Below, piece by piece: positions 24,001 through 39,000 of a DNA stretch of 64,000 nt. The translations under genes were made by a program, and so were the position numbers. Positions within the stretch are counted from its first letter, which is position 1; each line of letters begins with the position of its first letter. This stretch comes from Lama glama (taxonomy: Eukaryota): NCBI GenBank assembly GCA_028534125.1, contig CM052817.1, forward strand, positions 45,014,001 to 45,078,000, written 5' to 3'. The notes beneath the pieces are model-generated. The model was given only the letters and a program-made list of their open reading frames with translations. It did no database searches and was not told where the DNA came from.

Positions 24001-27000
24001 CAGGCTTTCTGTAATTCTTCTACTTTTGTACTTCTCTAGGATTTTATTTGATTAGGCCCACAAGAAAAAGAATACCATCTCATAAGAGCCAAGGTTGGAG
24101 TCTCTGATTGACTCAGTTGGGACACAGGACCTGGCAGCACAGCCTAAGAGACTTCAAACTTGAACTGTTACAGAAGAATTTCATTTATGACATGGAAATT
24201 TTCAAGTCCTTGTGGATCATATGGACTTGAGATTTTTAGTGTAGAGACTTAGTGTCTTTCCAAGTAATAATTAGTTTTTTTTTTTTTTAAGTTTTGTGTG
24301 CTAACAGTACCCAACCAAATTATAATCTGCTGGCATTATGAAATAAATATGTATATATTTCTTTGTAGTGTTTTATGATGATTAGTAGGTTTTTAAAAAT
24401 ACTTAGATTGCTAGGAAACAAGGGATTGAGTCTGTGTCATTAGCATTCCTCTTTAGAGGAATCATTTAAAACACAGTGGTGGATCCACTTTTTAATTAGC
24501 TATTGTGATAACCACCAATCCTTATCAACTGCTGGACTTTCTTTCTTCCTAGCATATTTGCTATTTTTCCAGGACTTGTTGAATCATTCCCAAATTTTGT
24601 TCACTCTTTCTTGCTTACGTAGATATACACAGACTATATTTCTCCAGAAGAAACAAAATGCCCAATTATATTAACATTTACTTAACAAAGTCAATAACAT
24701 GAAATTTTCTTACTTCTCTTTCTTTGATGTAACTATCTTTTATGCACTTTTTATCCATTTCTTTTTAAGCATTACTATTTTTATTTTTATGTTTTATGTG
24801 CAAATTGTCACTACTTGGCCAGTCCTTTTAGCAAGGCCCCTGATGTGTTTGAAAGCATCCTCACATCTTGAAAGCATCCTTGCATCCTGGCAGAAATAGT
24901 TCCAAATCCTTTCTCACTTTCTGCCCCAAGAGTTGCAATCAACTATTCTCCAAGGATTACTTGTTCCATCTAATAGAGAATACTATTAGAGGTCAACATT
25001 TTGGGGGCTAAGGGTACTTAGGAAAATTAATGTTAAGCAAGACCGCTCTGGCTGCTGTTGGGCCATTCTTACTACCAACAGTACTTCAGAAGAATGCCTT
25101 GTGAGGTCACAGATTCAGACTGATTATTCCAAATTAGTGTGTTATATTATTGTTACCCACCTTTCTTATCTCTGTGGATTCATTGATCACTAGAATTTTA
25201 TCATATGTTGACCCTTCCTTGACCTCCCTGTGTAAAGGAGCCCTCCCTCAGTCACCAGGTATCAATTATGTTTCCTAGTGACAGATTTGAATGTGAGACA
25301 TATGCTTACTTGCTTGTCTGTCCCCTCGTTTGCTCCACCCCCGTGTAAGGTCCATGAGGGCAGAGGATGTTCTGTTCCAGTGCCTAGAGTAGTGCCTCAT
25401 CAGTGGAAGTGATTAAGCACTTCCAGGATATACTTGCTCCATTTTCTCGTCTTACCTTTATTATTATCTTATGGTATGTTTTCTTTTCCTTCCTGAGACA
25501 TTTTGCAAAGCTTTGATTTTGCTGAGAAATAAGAATCTCATCGATCCATCAAGTTTGCTGGAGCTCTTCTTTGAACTTCTGCGTTGTCACGATAAGCTTC
25601 TGCGAAAGGTAAAAAACAAAATTGCTTTTTTTTCTCCCCTGTATCTCAGTCTTCCTTGCAGTGACATAAAACTTGTAGAGTTTGGAGTCTCTTAACTTCT
25701 TGTTCTTCATATTATTGGATACATAAAAATAGGAAAAAAATCGACCATTATGTGCATGCAGTATGGTGGCAATAGCATTTATTGAGTGCTTACTTTTTGC
25801 CCAGTTACCATTCTCAGAGCATTTTATGGATTTATTTGTTTACCCACAAAGCGCTGTGAGGTAGGGTTTATTATTATTATTTTGCAGATGAAAAGGCTGA
25901 GGCACAGAGAGAATAATTTGCCCAGGATCGCTCAGCTTCTGAGTGGTGAGGCAGGAACATATGCCCAGGAAGCCTGGCTGCCCTTTTCCACTGCATGTAC
26001 TGACTAGCTAAAGCTAAATCAGAGCATGGCTATAAGCACTCCCATTGTTTCCCTCCAAAAACTGACTTTTTTTGTTATAATATTTCCCTGTGACTGTGTT
26101 TGCTTATATAGATAAGACCAGAAGCTAAAGGTTTATGAAAGAAATTTAAGAAAGAGAAACTTAAGTATACATTCATTAACTTAATTTTTTTCCCCAAAGT
26201 ATTAAGAGACTATAACTATTTGATTTTAGCAGTTGTACTTCTTGGTCTGACTTGTGGAATAAAAGTGATCCAGAGGAGCATATTTCTGGGTACAGTGATA
26301 TTTGTATAAATTCCAGTATTGTCTCGCCTGCAGTTAGGGGCTTGGTAAATGGAGCGACTTTCTTTCTTTCTTTTTTTTTTTTTTAAGTTTTATTGAGCTA
26401 TAATTCATCCATTTAAAGTGTACAATTCAGTGGTTTTTAGTATATTCACAGAGTTTTGCAACCATCACCACAGTCAGTTTTCGAACGTTTATAGCATCTT
26501 GAAAAAGAGCCCATTCCCATTAGCAGTTAATTTCCATCCTTTCATCTATCCCAGCCCTGGGCCACCACCACTGTACTTTTGATCTCTCTAGATTTGCCTA
26601 CTTGGGATGTTTCATGTAAAGGGAATCATATAATATGTGATTTTTTTGGTGACTGGCTTCCTTCACTTAGTGTAATGTTTTCACGTTTCATCCATATTGT
26701 AGCACGGGTCAGTACTTCATTCATTACTTTTTGTTGCCAAATAATATTTCGTCGTCTGTATATCTTATATCACTAACATGTGGAATCAAAAAGAATGATA
26801 CAAATGAACTTATTTACAAAACAGAAATAGACTCACAGACATAGAAGACATTTATGGTTACCACAGGGGAAAGGGGAGAAGAGATAAATTAGGAATTTGG
26901 AATTAACAGATATACACTACTATATATAAGATAGATAAACAATAATGACTTACTGTATAGCACAGAAACTATATTCAATATCTTGTAATGACCTATAATG

Positions 27001-30000
27001 GAAAAGGATCTGAAAAATATATATATATATGACTATCACTTCGCTGTATACCTGAAACATTGTAAATCAACTATACTTCAATAAAAAAATAAATTTTTAA
27101 AAAATATTTCATTGGTTATACTACATTTTGTTTATTCATGCACAAGTTAATGGCTTTTGGGGTTTTCATTTTTTGGCTATTATGAGTAATACTGTTACGA
27201 ATATTTGTATGAACATTGGTTAGAAATATATTTTCATTTCTCCTGGGTATATAACTGGGAGTGAAATTGTTGGATCATATGGTAACTCCATGTTTATAAC
27301 CTTTTGAGGGTAACTTTCTTTTTGCTTAGCTGCTTCTTTCTGTTTTACTTGTTTTATTTGTTTTTGGTCTCTTTTGTGATAGAATGAAAAGTGGGTAAAA
27401 TTATATCCTCCCGTACATTTGTACTTTTCTCCAAGTTGAGCAAGGTTAGAAATGTTGGTAAACACGTGTATGTTTTTGTTTCTTTTCTCAGACTTTATAT
27501 ACTCATATTGTGACTGATATCAAGAATATAAATGCAAAACACAAGAACAATAAAGTGAATATAGTAAGTACCCTTTTGTTTGTCATGTTTGCAGCATTGT
27601 GCCATCAATGTATTAAGTCTTCGTTCTTGTTTTTTTCTCCAGGTGTTACAGAATTTCATGTACACCATGTTAAGAGACAGCAATGCGACTGCAGCCAAGA
27701 TATCTCTGGATGTGATGATTGAGCTCTACAGAAGAAACATCTGGTAATATATATGTACTTGTCTCAAGAAATAGTCCTTTATTCATTTGTAATGACTGCA
27801 GAGCACATACACAATGATTTTTCTTGATCCTGAGCTCTTTAACATCCCTGTCTGGATTAAGTTGGAAGTAAAAAATACAGAGGCAATCCAAATGGCTAAC
27901 AACATTGGCTACCATTTCTTGAGCACTTGCACTTTGCCTTACCTCGCTCAACCTTCAGAACTGTAATGCAGCTTATTTGGGATTATTTCCATCTTATAGG
28001 TAATGAAACCTATAGGTTCATGAGCTTACGTTTAGTAGCCAATAAAAGTCACAGTTGAAATTCAAACCCAGATCTGTCTGACTCTGAAATCTGGGCTCTT
28101 CTCTGCTTTTTGGAGATTTTCAAGTCAATTTTTTCTGTGTATGTAAATTATCATGTTTCATAAAATTTGGTTTGTTGGTACAGTGCCCCCAACTGATGTC
28201 TCTTGCTTTTCTTATTCACTAATTTTTTTAATATAAAAGTAGTATTCTTTGCAACAGAAAATTTGGAGAAAGAAAGTTTTTTTAGCTATTGATAGTCCTA
28301 CCACCTAGATACATGCACAGTTAATATTTTATATCTCCTCCTGTCTTTTCTTTAAAGTGAATTTTAAAATGTGGTTGGAATTTTGCTATATTGTAGGTTT
28401 TCATTTTGGGTTTTTTTCCAGTTATCTTGAGTAGGTTTGTAGGACATTAAGAATTCTTCAAAAGAAATCCATCTTAATGGCTGCATGATTTTCTGATGCA
28501 AGACTGGGCTAAAATTGAATTAAAATGTTCACCTGTGGCTGACTATTTAGCAACCCATGGTTTTTTGAAATATTACGAGCTATGAATTTTAACATGTCAG
28601 CAATATTTACTATACTGTTTATTTTATGCCATTGTCTATGCTATCAAATACAGTAGAATACAAATTTACTTTGAAACACTCAACTGTCTTTCCCCAGGAA
28701 TGATGCCAAAACTGTCAATGTGATCACAACAGCGTGTTTCTCTAAGGTCACTAAGGTGAGCGCCTGTGGGGCTGGGCGGTGGCGCGGTCTGTGAGTAGTC
28801 TGTTTCTCCCGTTAGCAGGTGAAGGAGATGGCTGTGCGAGGAGGAGGTGGTGTGCAGACATGCTGTTTGTCTTTAGTCATGCTCTCTGTGCACTCAGACT
28901 GCTTCCCTGGTTTACCTGTGTTTTAGAGGAGTCAAACAAATTATGAGTTTTTAAAGATTCTTTGTATTAAATGATAGCCTTACTGTTTGTTTTTTCCTGT
29001 GATTTTTAACTATTCTTTTATCAGGTTCAGACACAGCTGAAAGAAATTTAAGGGCATGTTTGACTTTTAGAAGGGCTATAGTACCATTATTTTTGTGAGA
29101 GATGTAGAAGTTCCTTAACTGCCTACTTGAAGAATAACTATGTAGAGCCTGGCTAAGAAAAGTGAGCTCAGAGCCCACCACTCTTGTTTTTTTTTTTCTT
29201 CCCCTTCAATCCTAGTTCATATGCATGTGTAAAATGTAGGCAGAAGTATTCTTTGTTGTCAGCTGGGATGAGTAATTGACTTTGTTTGAATCGGCCTTTA
29301 GATACTAGTTGCTGCTTTGACATTCTTTCTTGGAAAAGATGAAGAGGAGAAACAGGACAGTGACTCAGAATCTGAGGTTAGTTTAACCAAAGATACTTCT
29401 GAACTTTGCAGTTTATCAGGTTTTATTTTTGTGTTCTCAGTACAGATTGTAAAAGCCATGACTGTTCAAGTTAGAAAGCAACTTACATGCTATCTTAGAT
29501 GCTACCTTTATCTTTTATTGAGTTCTGCCATGCTGAGATTTTATTCTACTCAGAATTTATCACTTAAGTTCAGTAAGATTGGTTAGATAACTAATAAAAC
29601 TTAGATTCATTCAGCCTTGTTCCTAGTGCTAAAGCTATACCTGTATCTTACTATATAAACTTACTAATTACTGCCGCCATGTTTTTGTGGTAGAGTGTCA
29701 ACGTCATGGAAGTTGAGAGTAGAGGAAGGAAGAAGAGTAGTAAAGCATCTTTAAAAGGAAAAATCAGGATTTATGATGTCATGAAATTTTCTTTATTAAA
29801 AATATTTTTATTAAGATTAAAAAGAAATTTGAAAAAAACCCTTTCCATTTTAGCATTTTGGTAACAAGATACTGGAGTATGGAATAACATCTTTTAATTT
29901 GTTATGTTATTACTTTATTAAATAATGTATGAATAATACGTTATTATAAAAAATTTCAGATACTATAGATGCAATAAAAATTTTCTTGATCTTTTCTTAC

Positions 30001-33000
30001 TTCCACTTCCCAGTTCCTTCATAGATAACCATTTCATTTCCCATGCATTTATATATGGATGTGTGCACATATTGCCTTATGTGGGTCTTTGAAATATATA
30101 TAAATAATATATGTATTATTTTGCAACCTGCTTTCTTTGTGATGACATATATAGATGTACCAATGCATTTAGATATTCTTCTATTAGTACGTATAGATCT
30201 ACCTCATTTCTTTAGGCTCCATAAAATACAAGTGTACTATAGTTTAAGCATTTTCCTCTTGATAAATAATTATTTCCAGTTTCTTTTTTCAAATAAAAAC
30301 AAAGTTACATTCTGTCTGGGTGTTGTACTTCAATAAGCTAAAAGCAAAATATAAAAACAAGAATCAGTGCTGCAGTGAAAATCTTTGTATGTGCCTATTC
30401 ACGCACATTGGGCAAATTTTTTTTGAATTTTTAAAGCTGCGTTTATTTTTAATAGTTGCATACAAAGAGTATAATACAAACAAGTGATTGAAAGGATTAC
30501 TCTCTTTTTTCTATGTAGATTTTCCTTGTTTACAGTTTTACAAAGTTATTTCTTCTTTAGGATGAAGGACCAACAGCAAGAGACCTGCTAGTGCAGTATG
30601 CCACAGGGAAGAAAAGCTCCAAAAACAAGAAAAAGTTGGAAAAGGCTATGAAAGTGCTCAAGGTGAGATTTGTACCTGGGAAATGAGGTAGGAATCATTA
30701 GAACACAGAATATGTGGGTTTTAGCCAATGCCTTTAAGAATTTAAAAAAAATAAAATAGCATTTTTGAAAGATTTAGAAACGTGTGGTGAATTTTTAAGC
30801 ACTAATCTTTTATTTTAATATTTTTAAATTTTTATGGTGGTACTAGGGATTGAACCCAGGACCTTGTACGTGCTAAGAGCACACGCTGTACCACTGAGCT
30901 AAACCCCCACCCCCAGCACTAATTTTTTAGATAAATCGTTGTTTTCAGCTGTAGCAAAATCTGACTTGAATGAATTATTTTGATTAAATTCATCTTTCAT
31001 TTGTTTTGGTCACAATAGCCTGTATTAGGGTATCTTTGCTAGACATGTCTTTTCAGAAGAGGGTGCAAATGAAGTACATTTGTGTTTTGTATGATTATTT
31101 GAAAATCATTAATTTGGCCCTTGTGTGTTTTTTAATGTTTCTATTTCCAAATTCCTTTAAGTCTCACAGATGCTAAATTCTTAAGGTTTAATCTTAAAAG
31201 ACAAAAACTTCCTTTAGTTCTTCCAGTTGAAAGAAAGGTTTTTGGAACAAAGACTTTTTTTTTTTTCTTTTTAAATAGTGTGGTGGACTTGATAACAGGC
31301 TTGAGCACATTAGCACATTTAGTCCCAAGGGCCTCATCACTGTAATTCAGAATGTAAATGTTTGCTCTCCCTTTCTTTCAGAAACAAAAGAAGAAGAGAA
31401 AGCCAGAGGTGTTCAACTTTTCAGCTATTCACTTGATTCATGATCCCCAAGGTACTATAATTATGACTTTCCAAGTTCCTTGTTGGCTTTGTCTACCTAA
31501 ATAGTTTCCTTCCTTCAAGGTTACCAGGGAATATAAAATCCTTGGCACTTAACAGTCAACAAATGCTTGGTTGTTACTAGTTGGTTGTAACCTAGAGAAT
31601 TATGTTCTGAAGCAGTGATTCCCAGTCCACAGTAAAACAAGAAAAATGTAGAGGAACAACTCTTTGCAATTCTTGCCTTTAATAACACAATAGTGGTCAG
31701 TTGTACTTGACCAAGTAAAAAATTGACAATCTTTTGTTGTTCTTTTTTTTTTTTTAAATTGGTCTTTGTAAACCAAAAGTTCGGGAACCCTATTCTAGAA
31801 CACTAGTTCTCAAACTAGAGTACACATTGGAATCACTTAGGGAATTTATAAAACTATACTGGTATTTGGGTCCTGTTATCCCCAGAGGCTGATTAGTCAG
31901 TATGAGGTATGGCTGGGCACTGGGGCTTTTAAATGCTCTCTGTACTCCAGTGTACAGCAAGTTTGCTGACCCCTCCTCTAGGTCAGTGTTTTTCAAACTT
32001 TGAGGAACGTACAAATCACCTTTGGATCCTGTTAAAGTACATATTCTGATTCAGTAGGTCTGGGACTGGGTCCTGAGGTTCAGTATTTCTAACACGTTAA
32101 CAGGTGGAGAACTACTGGTGTTCTGCAGACCACACTTTGGGAAGCAAGACCCTAGAGAACTGTTAAGTAGAACATTTGTCAAAGAATCAATCAGGATGTG
32201 GATGCTAAAAATATTCAGCATCCATAAGACTTAACTTTGGGCGTCATTGAAGGTTATTCACCTGTGTGTGAATCTTTTCACCTTCTGTCATGCTATTTTT
32301 AACCAGCGTGGTTCTGCAGAGTGATTTCAGGCACAGCCATACCAGAGTCAGTGATCAAACTACTGCCTTTCTCTACACCTGTTAGATGATGTTGTACAGA
32401 CCATGGGCCCACAGTGTACTTATGTGATACCCTCTTTTCCAGATTTTGCAGAGAAGCTACTGAAGCAGCTCGAGGCCTCTAAGGAGAGGTTTGAAGTGAA
32501 GATGATGCTCATGAACCTCATCTCCAGATTGGTGGGAATTCACGAGGTTTGGATTACATTATGTTTCTCTTGGTGAATATTAGAAGTAAAATTATTCTTG
32601 GTTAAAAGAAAAGCCACTAAGGTAGAGCAGAAGTATCCCTCTAAACCATTTAAACCTATACAATTTACAGAAGAATAAAATCTTCCACTCTGAAAATAGC
32701 TATTTTTTTTAATCACTTTGTTTTCTTATCAGTAAGTACGGATGTTAAATTCTACATGTGTTCAGTTTATGGACAGACTATTTTGTGTTCTACTTTTTAT
32801 GTAACTTTGTTTGACATACACATTTTTCTGAGCCATCATAACCCAGATATTTTTATTGGCTATTACTGCATTTCGCAATTCACCCCATCACGGTTTTCCT
32901 GACTTCCACACTACTCTAGCAGGCGATTGTCGTGCTAGCAAAGCTATATTCTCTGGTCATTCATTTTATGTTCAGTTAGATTGCCAGAGCTCCTTGGTGG

Positions 33001-36000
33001 TATTATATATAAATATGTGGTGTATACATATGGAAACTTCACACATACTCTTAGACTAACTGCCATTGTTGAAAAGGAGAGATTCCAAAAATTCAGGCCG
33101 TAAAGAAATGACTCTTAGGGTTAATCACTATCATTCTGCTCTTGTGACTAGTGCTGTTCTGAGCATCACTGAATGTGTTGCTTTCTTCAAAAAGTTTTTC
33201 TTAAATAAAAAAATAAAACAAGAAAACAGGCTTCTTTACTGAAAATAAAATAATGTAGACATATATCAAGGTAAAAATGAAAGTAGACATGAGTGAAAGC
33301 ATTTGTTCCTTTTCTCTCAGAAAAACTTAACATTTTAGTGATTAAATTGCTTTTTCTCCATGAGCTGCAGTTTTAAAGCAGGATTACCAGGTCAATTCTT
33401 GTTACATTTGTGTAGCAATTTCAAGTCATACCTGAATTTGAGCTCCATAGGAAAATAAAATTTGTATTTTTTTAAATTTATGTTTGATTTGTAATTTAAG
33501 TGTGTCTTGATGGAAATGATACCACAGTTTCACAGCTGACCACAATTGAACATCCACCTTTATATTGACCCCACGTTTTCCCTTTTACTTCTTTAGCCCT
33601 GGTTTTGCTCTGTGGCTAAAGTAGAAAAATAAAAAATTCATTCTCACGTGATGAACTTTGAAAAAGACCAGGCCATCTTCAAAGTTCCTCTTCTTGAAGG
33701 CTTTAATAACTAGGTCCTTGTCACCTTTATTTAGGTAGGTTCCAGAATGTGAGTGCTTTGTGTCTAACATATGGAGCTCAGGATAATTGCTCAGAGTAAT
33801 TCCTCCAATGTAGTTGGACTGGTATCCAATAATAAAACCAGATGTCTGGGTTTTTTGGTGATCAGATTATACTAGATGCTATTCAGATTTGAATTACTAT
33901 TTTGTCCTTTCCTTGAGCTTTAATAGCAATGCTGTTCCTTCCTGTAGTTCTCTTTATCTTTGAAGAGTAAAAAGTTGATTTTGCAGCCATACCAATTTTA
34001 AAAGTGGAAGGATGTTGCATTTTGGTTGCCTTTTTTCCCGCCTTGTTTATTCTGCATACACTCCTTCTTTCTTGACATAATGATAGCAACATAGCCTTCC
34101 TTTCCTTGGTTAATCAGAACATAGATTCACCCTGGGACATGAATGCTTGTTGGAGAAAAAAAAGTAAAAAAACTATTCCTACTCAGTTGAACGTGGTGAT
34201 ATAATTGCATTAGGGGGAAGTTAAACTCTACAGCCTAGCTACATGAGTATTAAAGTCAGTGCATTCTTCTTGCCACAGCTTTTTCTCTTCAACTTCTACC
34301 CCTTTGTGCAGAGGTTCCTGCAGCCCCACCAAAGAGGTAAGCCTCCCACTTGCCATGTTCCTTTCACGGCTTTGGGGTAGTAACAACCTCCCGGAGTCTT
34401 TTGTTCTAGAATTATTAAAGACAGGAGTTAGGAGGAAGTGTGTTCTATTTCCAAGACAACAAATCTGTGTGTTTTCTTTCCAGAGTCTGCAATGGGGTAG
34501 TTGTTCTGCTCATCAACTTGAGAAAGTTATTGGGGGGTAGGGGGTGGCGCAAAATAAAAAACCAGTTTCTCAAAGCAAGTCTTTTTGTAATACCATAAAT
34601 ACTCATGTGGAAAATTCTAAAAAGGAATTTTATCCTTTTACTGTATCTTTGTAATGGATAGCAAGATTTCATCTTACTGCTCTCATTTGTATTCTTAATT
34701 AAAAACAGCATAAAAGAAAGACCCAAGTCACTAAGCAAATTAACGACAAGTTAGGCTTCACCTCACTTCTTTATTTTGCCAGAGGCCTTGTTCTTTATAT
34801 CTATTGCCCCTTTGAAGGAATGGTGTGTTTCTGTGTTTGTATTTACTCAGTGATTTCTAGTATGGACACTGCGTTAGACACCAGTGAACACAAAGTAATG
34901 TCCTTACCTTCATAGAGCTTACATTCTAGAGGGAGGTACAGAGAGAGTGCTGTATACAGTATGTTCAGGTGAAGATAAATATTTTGAGGAAAAAGGAAGC
35001 AAAGTAAGGGCAATAGGGAGTGCTGGGGTGGGTTCTATTTTAGATTATGTGGTAAGGAAAGACACTTTGATAAGGCAGCAACTGAGCAGGGACTGAAGGC
35101 AGCGAGGGAGTGAGCTGTGCGGCATCTGAGGGCTGGGTGTTCCAGGCAGAGTAAGCAGCAGTAGCGTGTGCTTGCCGTGTTTGCTGTAGTCCTGAGAATA
35201 GGGCAATAGACCGACTATGACCCTTCTGATCTCTTACATGTTTAGAAGTAACAAAGATCCTTCTGTTCGCTGCGCAAGCATCTCATCACTTAGTCCCTCC
35301 GGAGGTGAGAACTTGTAAACCTTACTTCTGTTTGGATCTGGTGCATGATTAGCAGTGCCACTAACTGTATCATAGTGGCTTTTCCACTGAGTTACTGGGT
35401 TCCACTGGGTTCCACTGAGGTTACTTTTCTCCCTGCCTTTTTTAAACTGAGTAAAACAGACACTAACTCTTAAGAAGATACACGTAGACATTTAGTTTTA
35501 GAAGGAAAAAAAATTTACTACAAAAAGTGAAGTTTGTTTTGGACAAGTTGTTGGGAATTCTGGTTTTATTGCCAAATTTTATGGAAGGGAAGGCAAGAAT
35601 AATGGTAAATGTAGTGATCATTTTTCAAAGCTGATAATCCCTTTGATTAAAACAGCATTGGATTTTCCTAGGTCAAAGAAATTTTAAAATCCAGATTGAA
35701 AGCTCATACTAAAAGAGAGTTGAATTTAATCTAAAGATAGCCAAGAAGAAGGCTGAAACTCAAAGAGGAGTAGTTTTCAGTCTGTCTTCCTCAGTCTTGA
35801 TCCTTCCACTGAAGATGGGGGGCTGTTTTTCTACCATAGTAGTCTATTGTGCCTTCGTCCTCAAGTGTTTTGAGTCGGTGTGGAAAGTGTACTTGTGCTC
35901 ATTTCTTCTTTTACTCCCATTCAGATCATCCAGTCAGTACTCATGACTGTGGCCAACAATTTTGTTACCGACAAGAACTCCGGGGAAGTCATGACAGTAG

Positions 36001-39000
36001 GGTATGTAAGTGTGCCTGGAGGCAGTGGATGTGGCTTTAATATACTGGGTTTGCCTTACATTACCAAGATGTAAAATTTCAGCTATAATGTGCTCTCTGG
36101 AAAAGCAGTTTAAAATATACTTCAGTCTTCCTCAGAAGATGTGTTTTTAATTTATTGGTCAGAATTTTGATGGGGGAACCAGAGAAAAGATATTTGTCCT
36201 TCTAATCAATGTTTTGGGTTTTGGGGTTTTTTTTTTTTTAATACTAACTTTACTCTTTCAAATGACTGCTTGTGTGGCAGTCTCAATGTTTTTTTCTCCT
36301 GTCTCCTACCCTGAATCCATATTTCCCTGGAACAAATGATTTGTTATTGAATCACTCTTTAATCCCAAGGCAGTTCAGTAGCCCTTTGGATTAATTCAGA
36401 AACACTTAATGAGTGTGAGAACTGGTTTAAGGATTATCTGATCTGTCCTGATAACTAAGTAGAATGCTTAACAGCCACTTTTTATCTCCCTAGGAAAGTA
36501 TTGCTGGGATAACAGCTCTAAAGACCTTTAACTTTTCCTTATTTGACCTAGTACCATCTCCCCTAGAGCTGGTGAATTAATGCTGCTATCATTTACAGGC
36601 ATACCTCATTTTATTGCACTTTGTTTTATTGCTCTTCACAGATACTGCATTTTTTCATTTGTTTGTTTTTATTTTTTAACAAATAAAAGATTCGTGGCAA
36701 CCTTGTGTGCAACAAGTCTGTAAGCGAATTTGCTTACTTCATGTCTTTGTGTAACATTTTGGTAATTCTCACATTATTTCAAACTCTCCACCGGCAAAAA
36801 GGTTCTGACTTACTCAAGATGAAGGCTAGCATTTTTTAGCAATAAAGTATTTTTTAATTAAGATATGTACTTTTTTAAGACATAATGCTATTGCACACTT
36901 AATACACTACAGTATAGTTTAAATATAACTTCTATACGCACTGGGAAACTAAAAATTTGTGTGACTCACTTTATTGCAATGGTCTGGAACTGAACCTGCA
37001 ATGCCTCTGAGGTAGGCCTGCACTGTACTGGGATGACATTGTTCCTTATTCAACTAGTAGAGGAAGTAGCAGTGAACTGTCTGGAATCAAAGCCCTCTGA
37101 GGCTGCCCACCATCGACATTCTCTACCATGCTGTAATTTTAGAGACCTAAGCCCTATAAAACCCAATGTACATTCCTTTTGATTTAGTATTTTTAGGAAA
37201 CCTTCTTGGGCTGAACCACATGAAACTACTGTTTTGGTTTTTTTAATTCATTTTTTCCTTTTCTAGAATCAACGCTATAAAAGAGATAACAGCTCGATGT
37301 CCTCTAGCCATGAGTGAAGAACTTCTCCAAGACCTGACTCAGTATAAATCACACAAAGATAAGAGTAAGTGGTGTGTTGTTCTTAGTAGATAAAATAGTA
37401 TAGAATAACTCATTTTTACCTCAATAGATTCTTTGCTTTGACATATCTAATTAAAGGTGTTATTTCCCAGATGTGACGATGTCCGCTAGAACTTTGATTC
37501 AGCTCTTCCGAACACTGAACCCTCAGATGTTGCAGAAGAAACTCCGGGTAGGTGAAGCATACATATGTTGATGAAGGGTTTGGTCTCAGACAGTGAGAGT
37601 AATTTCCTACAATTTGCATTTTACTATTTCTGTTGCTTCCATTAGGAGTATTGGTGCTACGTGTAGTTTTCTTCTTTAAGCTCAGAATAAAATTGGTTGA
37701 ATGCTGTTGCTTAAGTATTTTGTAGTTGGTATATGCTCTTTGATGATGACTGAATCTCAGAGACCTGTCAGGCTCTTTCAAGTCAGTAGCCGATGCCGGA
37801 ACTAAACAGGCTATTCCCTACCCAGTTACTACCTCTTTCAAGTTGGGCAGGAAGAGAGATGTATGTATGTAGTGGAAAGAGAGATGGTGATCTTGAGACT
37901 TAAAATATCGAAGTTTCCTTATCTGGATCAGAAGAAAACAGTGGGCAGAGTTGTGGCTGGGGGATTTACTTTGACTCAAGACATAGTGGATTATTTTTGT
38001 CATTTGCTTGCTCCCATTTTTTGTGATTCTCCCTCTAAATTCATAATCCTACAGAATCCTTTTCATGAACAGTGTTTTGCAAACTAAGCACCTTACTGAC
38101 AACTAATTCCTTTCCTTTAGGGTAAGCCTACAGAGGCCTCTGTAGAAGCAAGAGTGCAAGAATATGGAGAACTAGATGCTAAAGATTACATTCCAGGAGC
38201 AGAAATTCTGGAAGTTGAAAAAGAAGAAGAAAATGCTGAAGACAATGAAGGTTCATTTTTATTTCAACATTATCCTGGACAAAATCACCCCTACTAGTTC
38301 TGTATTGGTCTTGAAGTGTTTATGCTGTTTGAACACTCATTCAGCGGATATTTACTGAGTAATGACTGCGTGCCAGACGCTGTTGCCAGCATTGAGTCAA
38401 ATGGGAATGGTTCCTGCTCTGAGGGAACTTATGTTCTCATGTAGGACATGCCTTTTCAGGTCCTACACGGCGACTGCCTGTTATCAAGGACATGCTGTAT
38501 GACACTTGGGAAAGATAATGGATTTTTGTTTGTTGACTAGAAAAAAGTCATGAGATTAATCCTTGGCAATCCTTCAGAACTCTCCTGTTGAAGGAGAATT
38601 CTTGGGAACTTGTTGAAGAATGCTTGAGGAACTCCATTCTGATTTCCAGGGTTCGCTTTTGTTGCATTGGTTGCTAGGGTCCTATCTTCCTGTTTGTTGA
38701 TTCATTATTTCAACAGAGCTTTCATTAGCATTAGCTATGTGCCAACCATTATCAAAGCAAAGATGAATGATATGGTTCCTGCCCTTGAGGGTCTTTCATA
38801 AGCAGCTAATAAAGCATTAACAGGATTTACGCAAAGTGGGTCATAAGGGCTGGAGAGGTGTCAGGTCCACCTCAGAGGTTCAAAAAAGGCTTCAAGGAAA
38901 CGGTGACCCATGGGCTGTATTTAGAATGAATGGCGAACAATGGTAGAATAGTGGAAACTTCCCATGCAAACTGTGAGCAAAGTCCTGAGGAGTTTAGGAA

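Noticed and set aside
37738..37800. TGATGA (C-box-like) motif in an SDAD1 intron suggesting a snoRNA
   Set aside because: No D box at a suitable distance and no terminal stem
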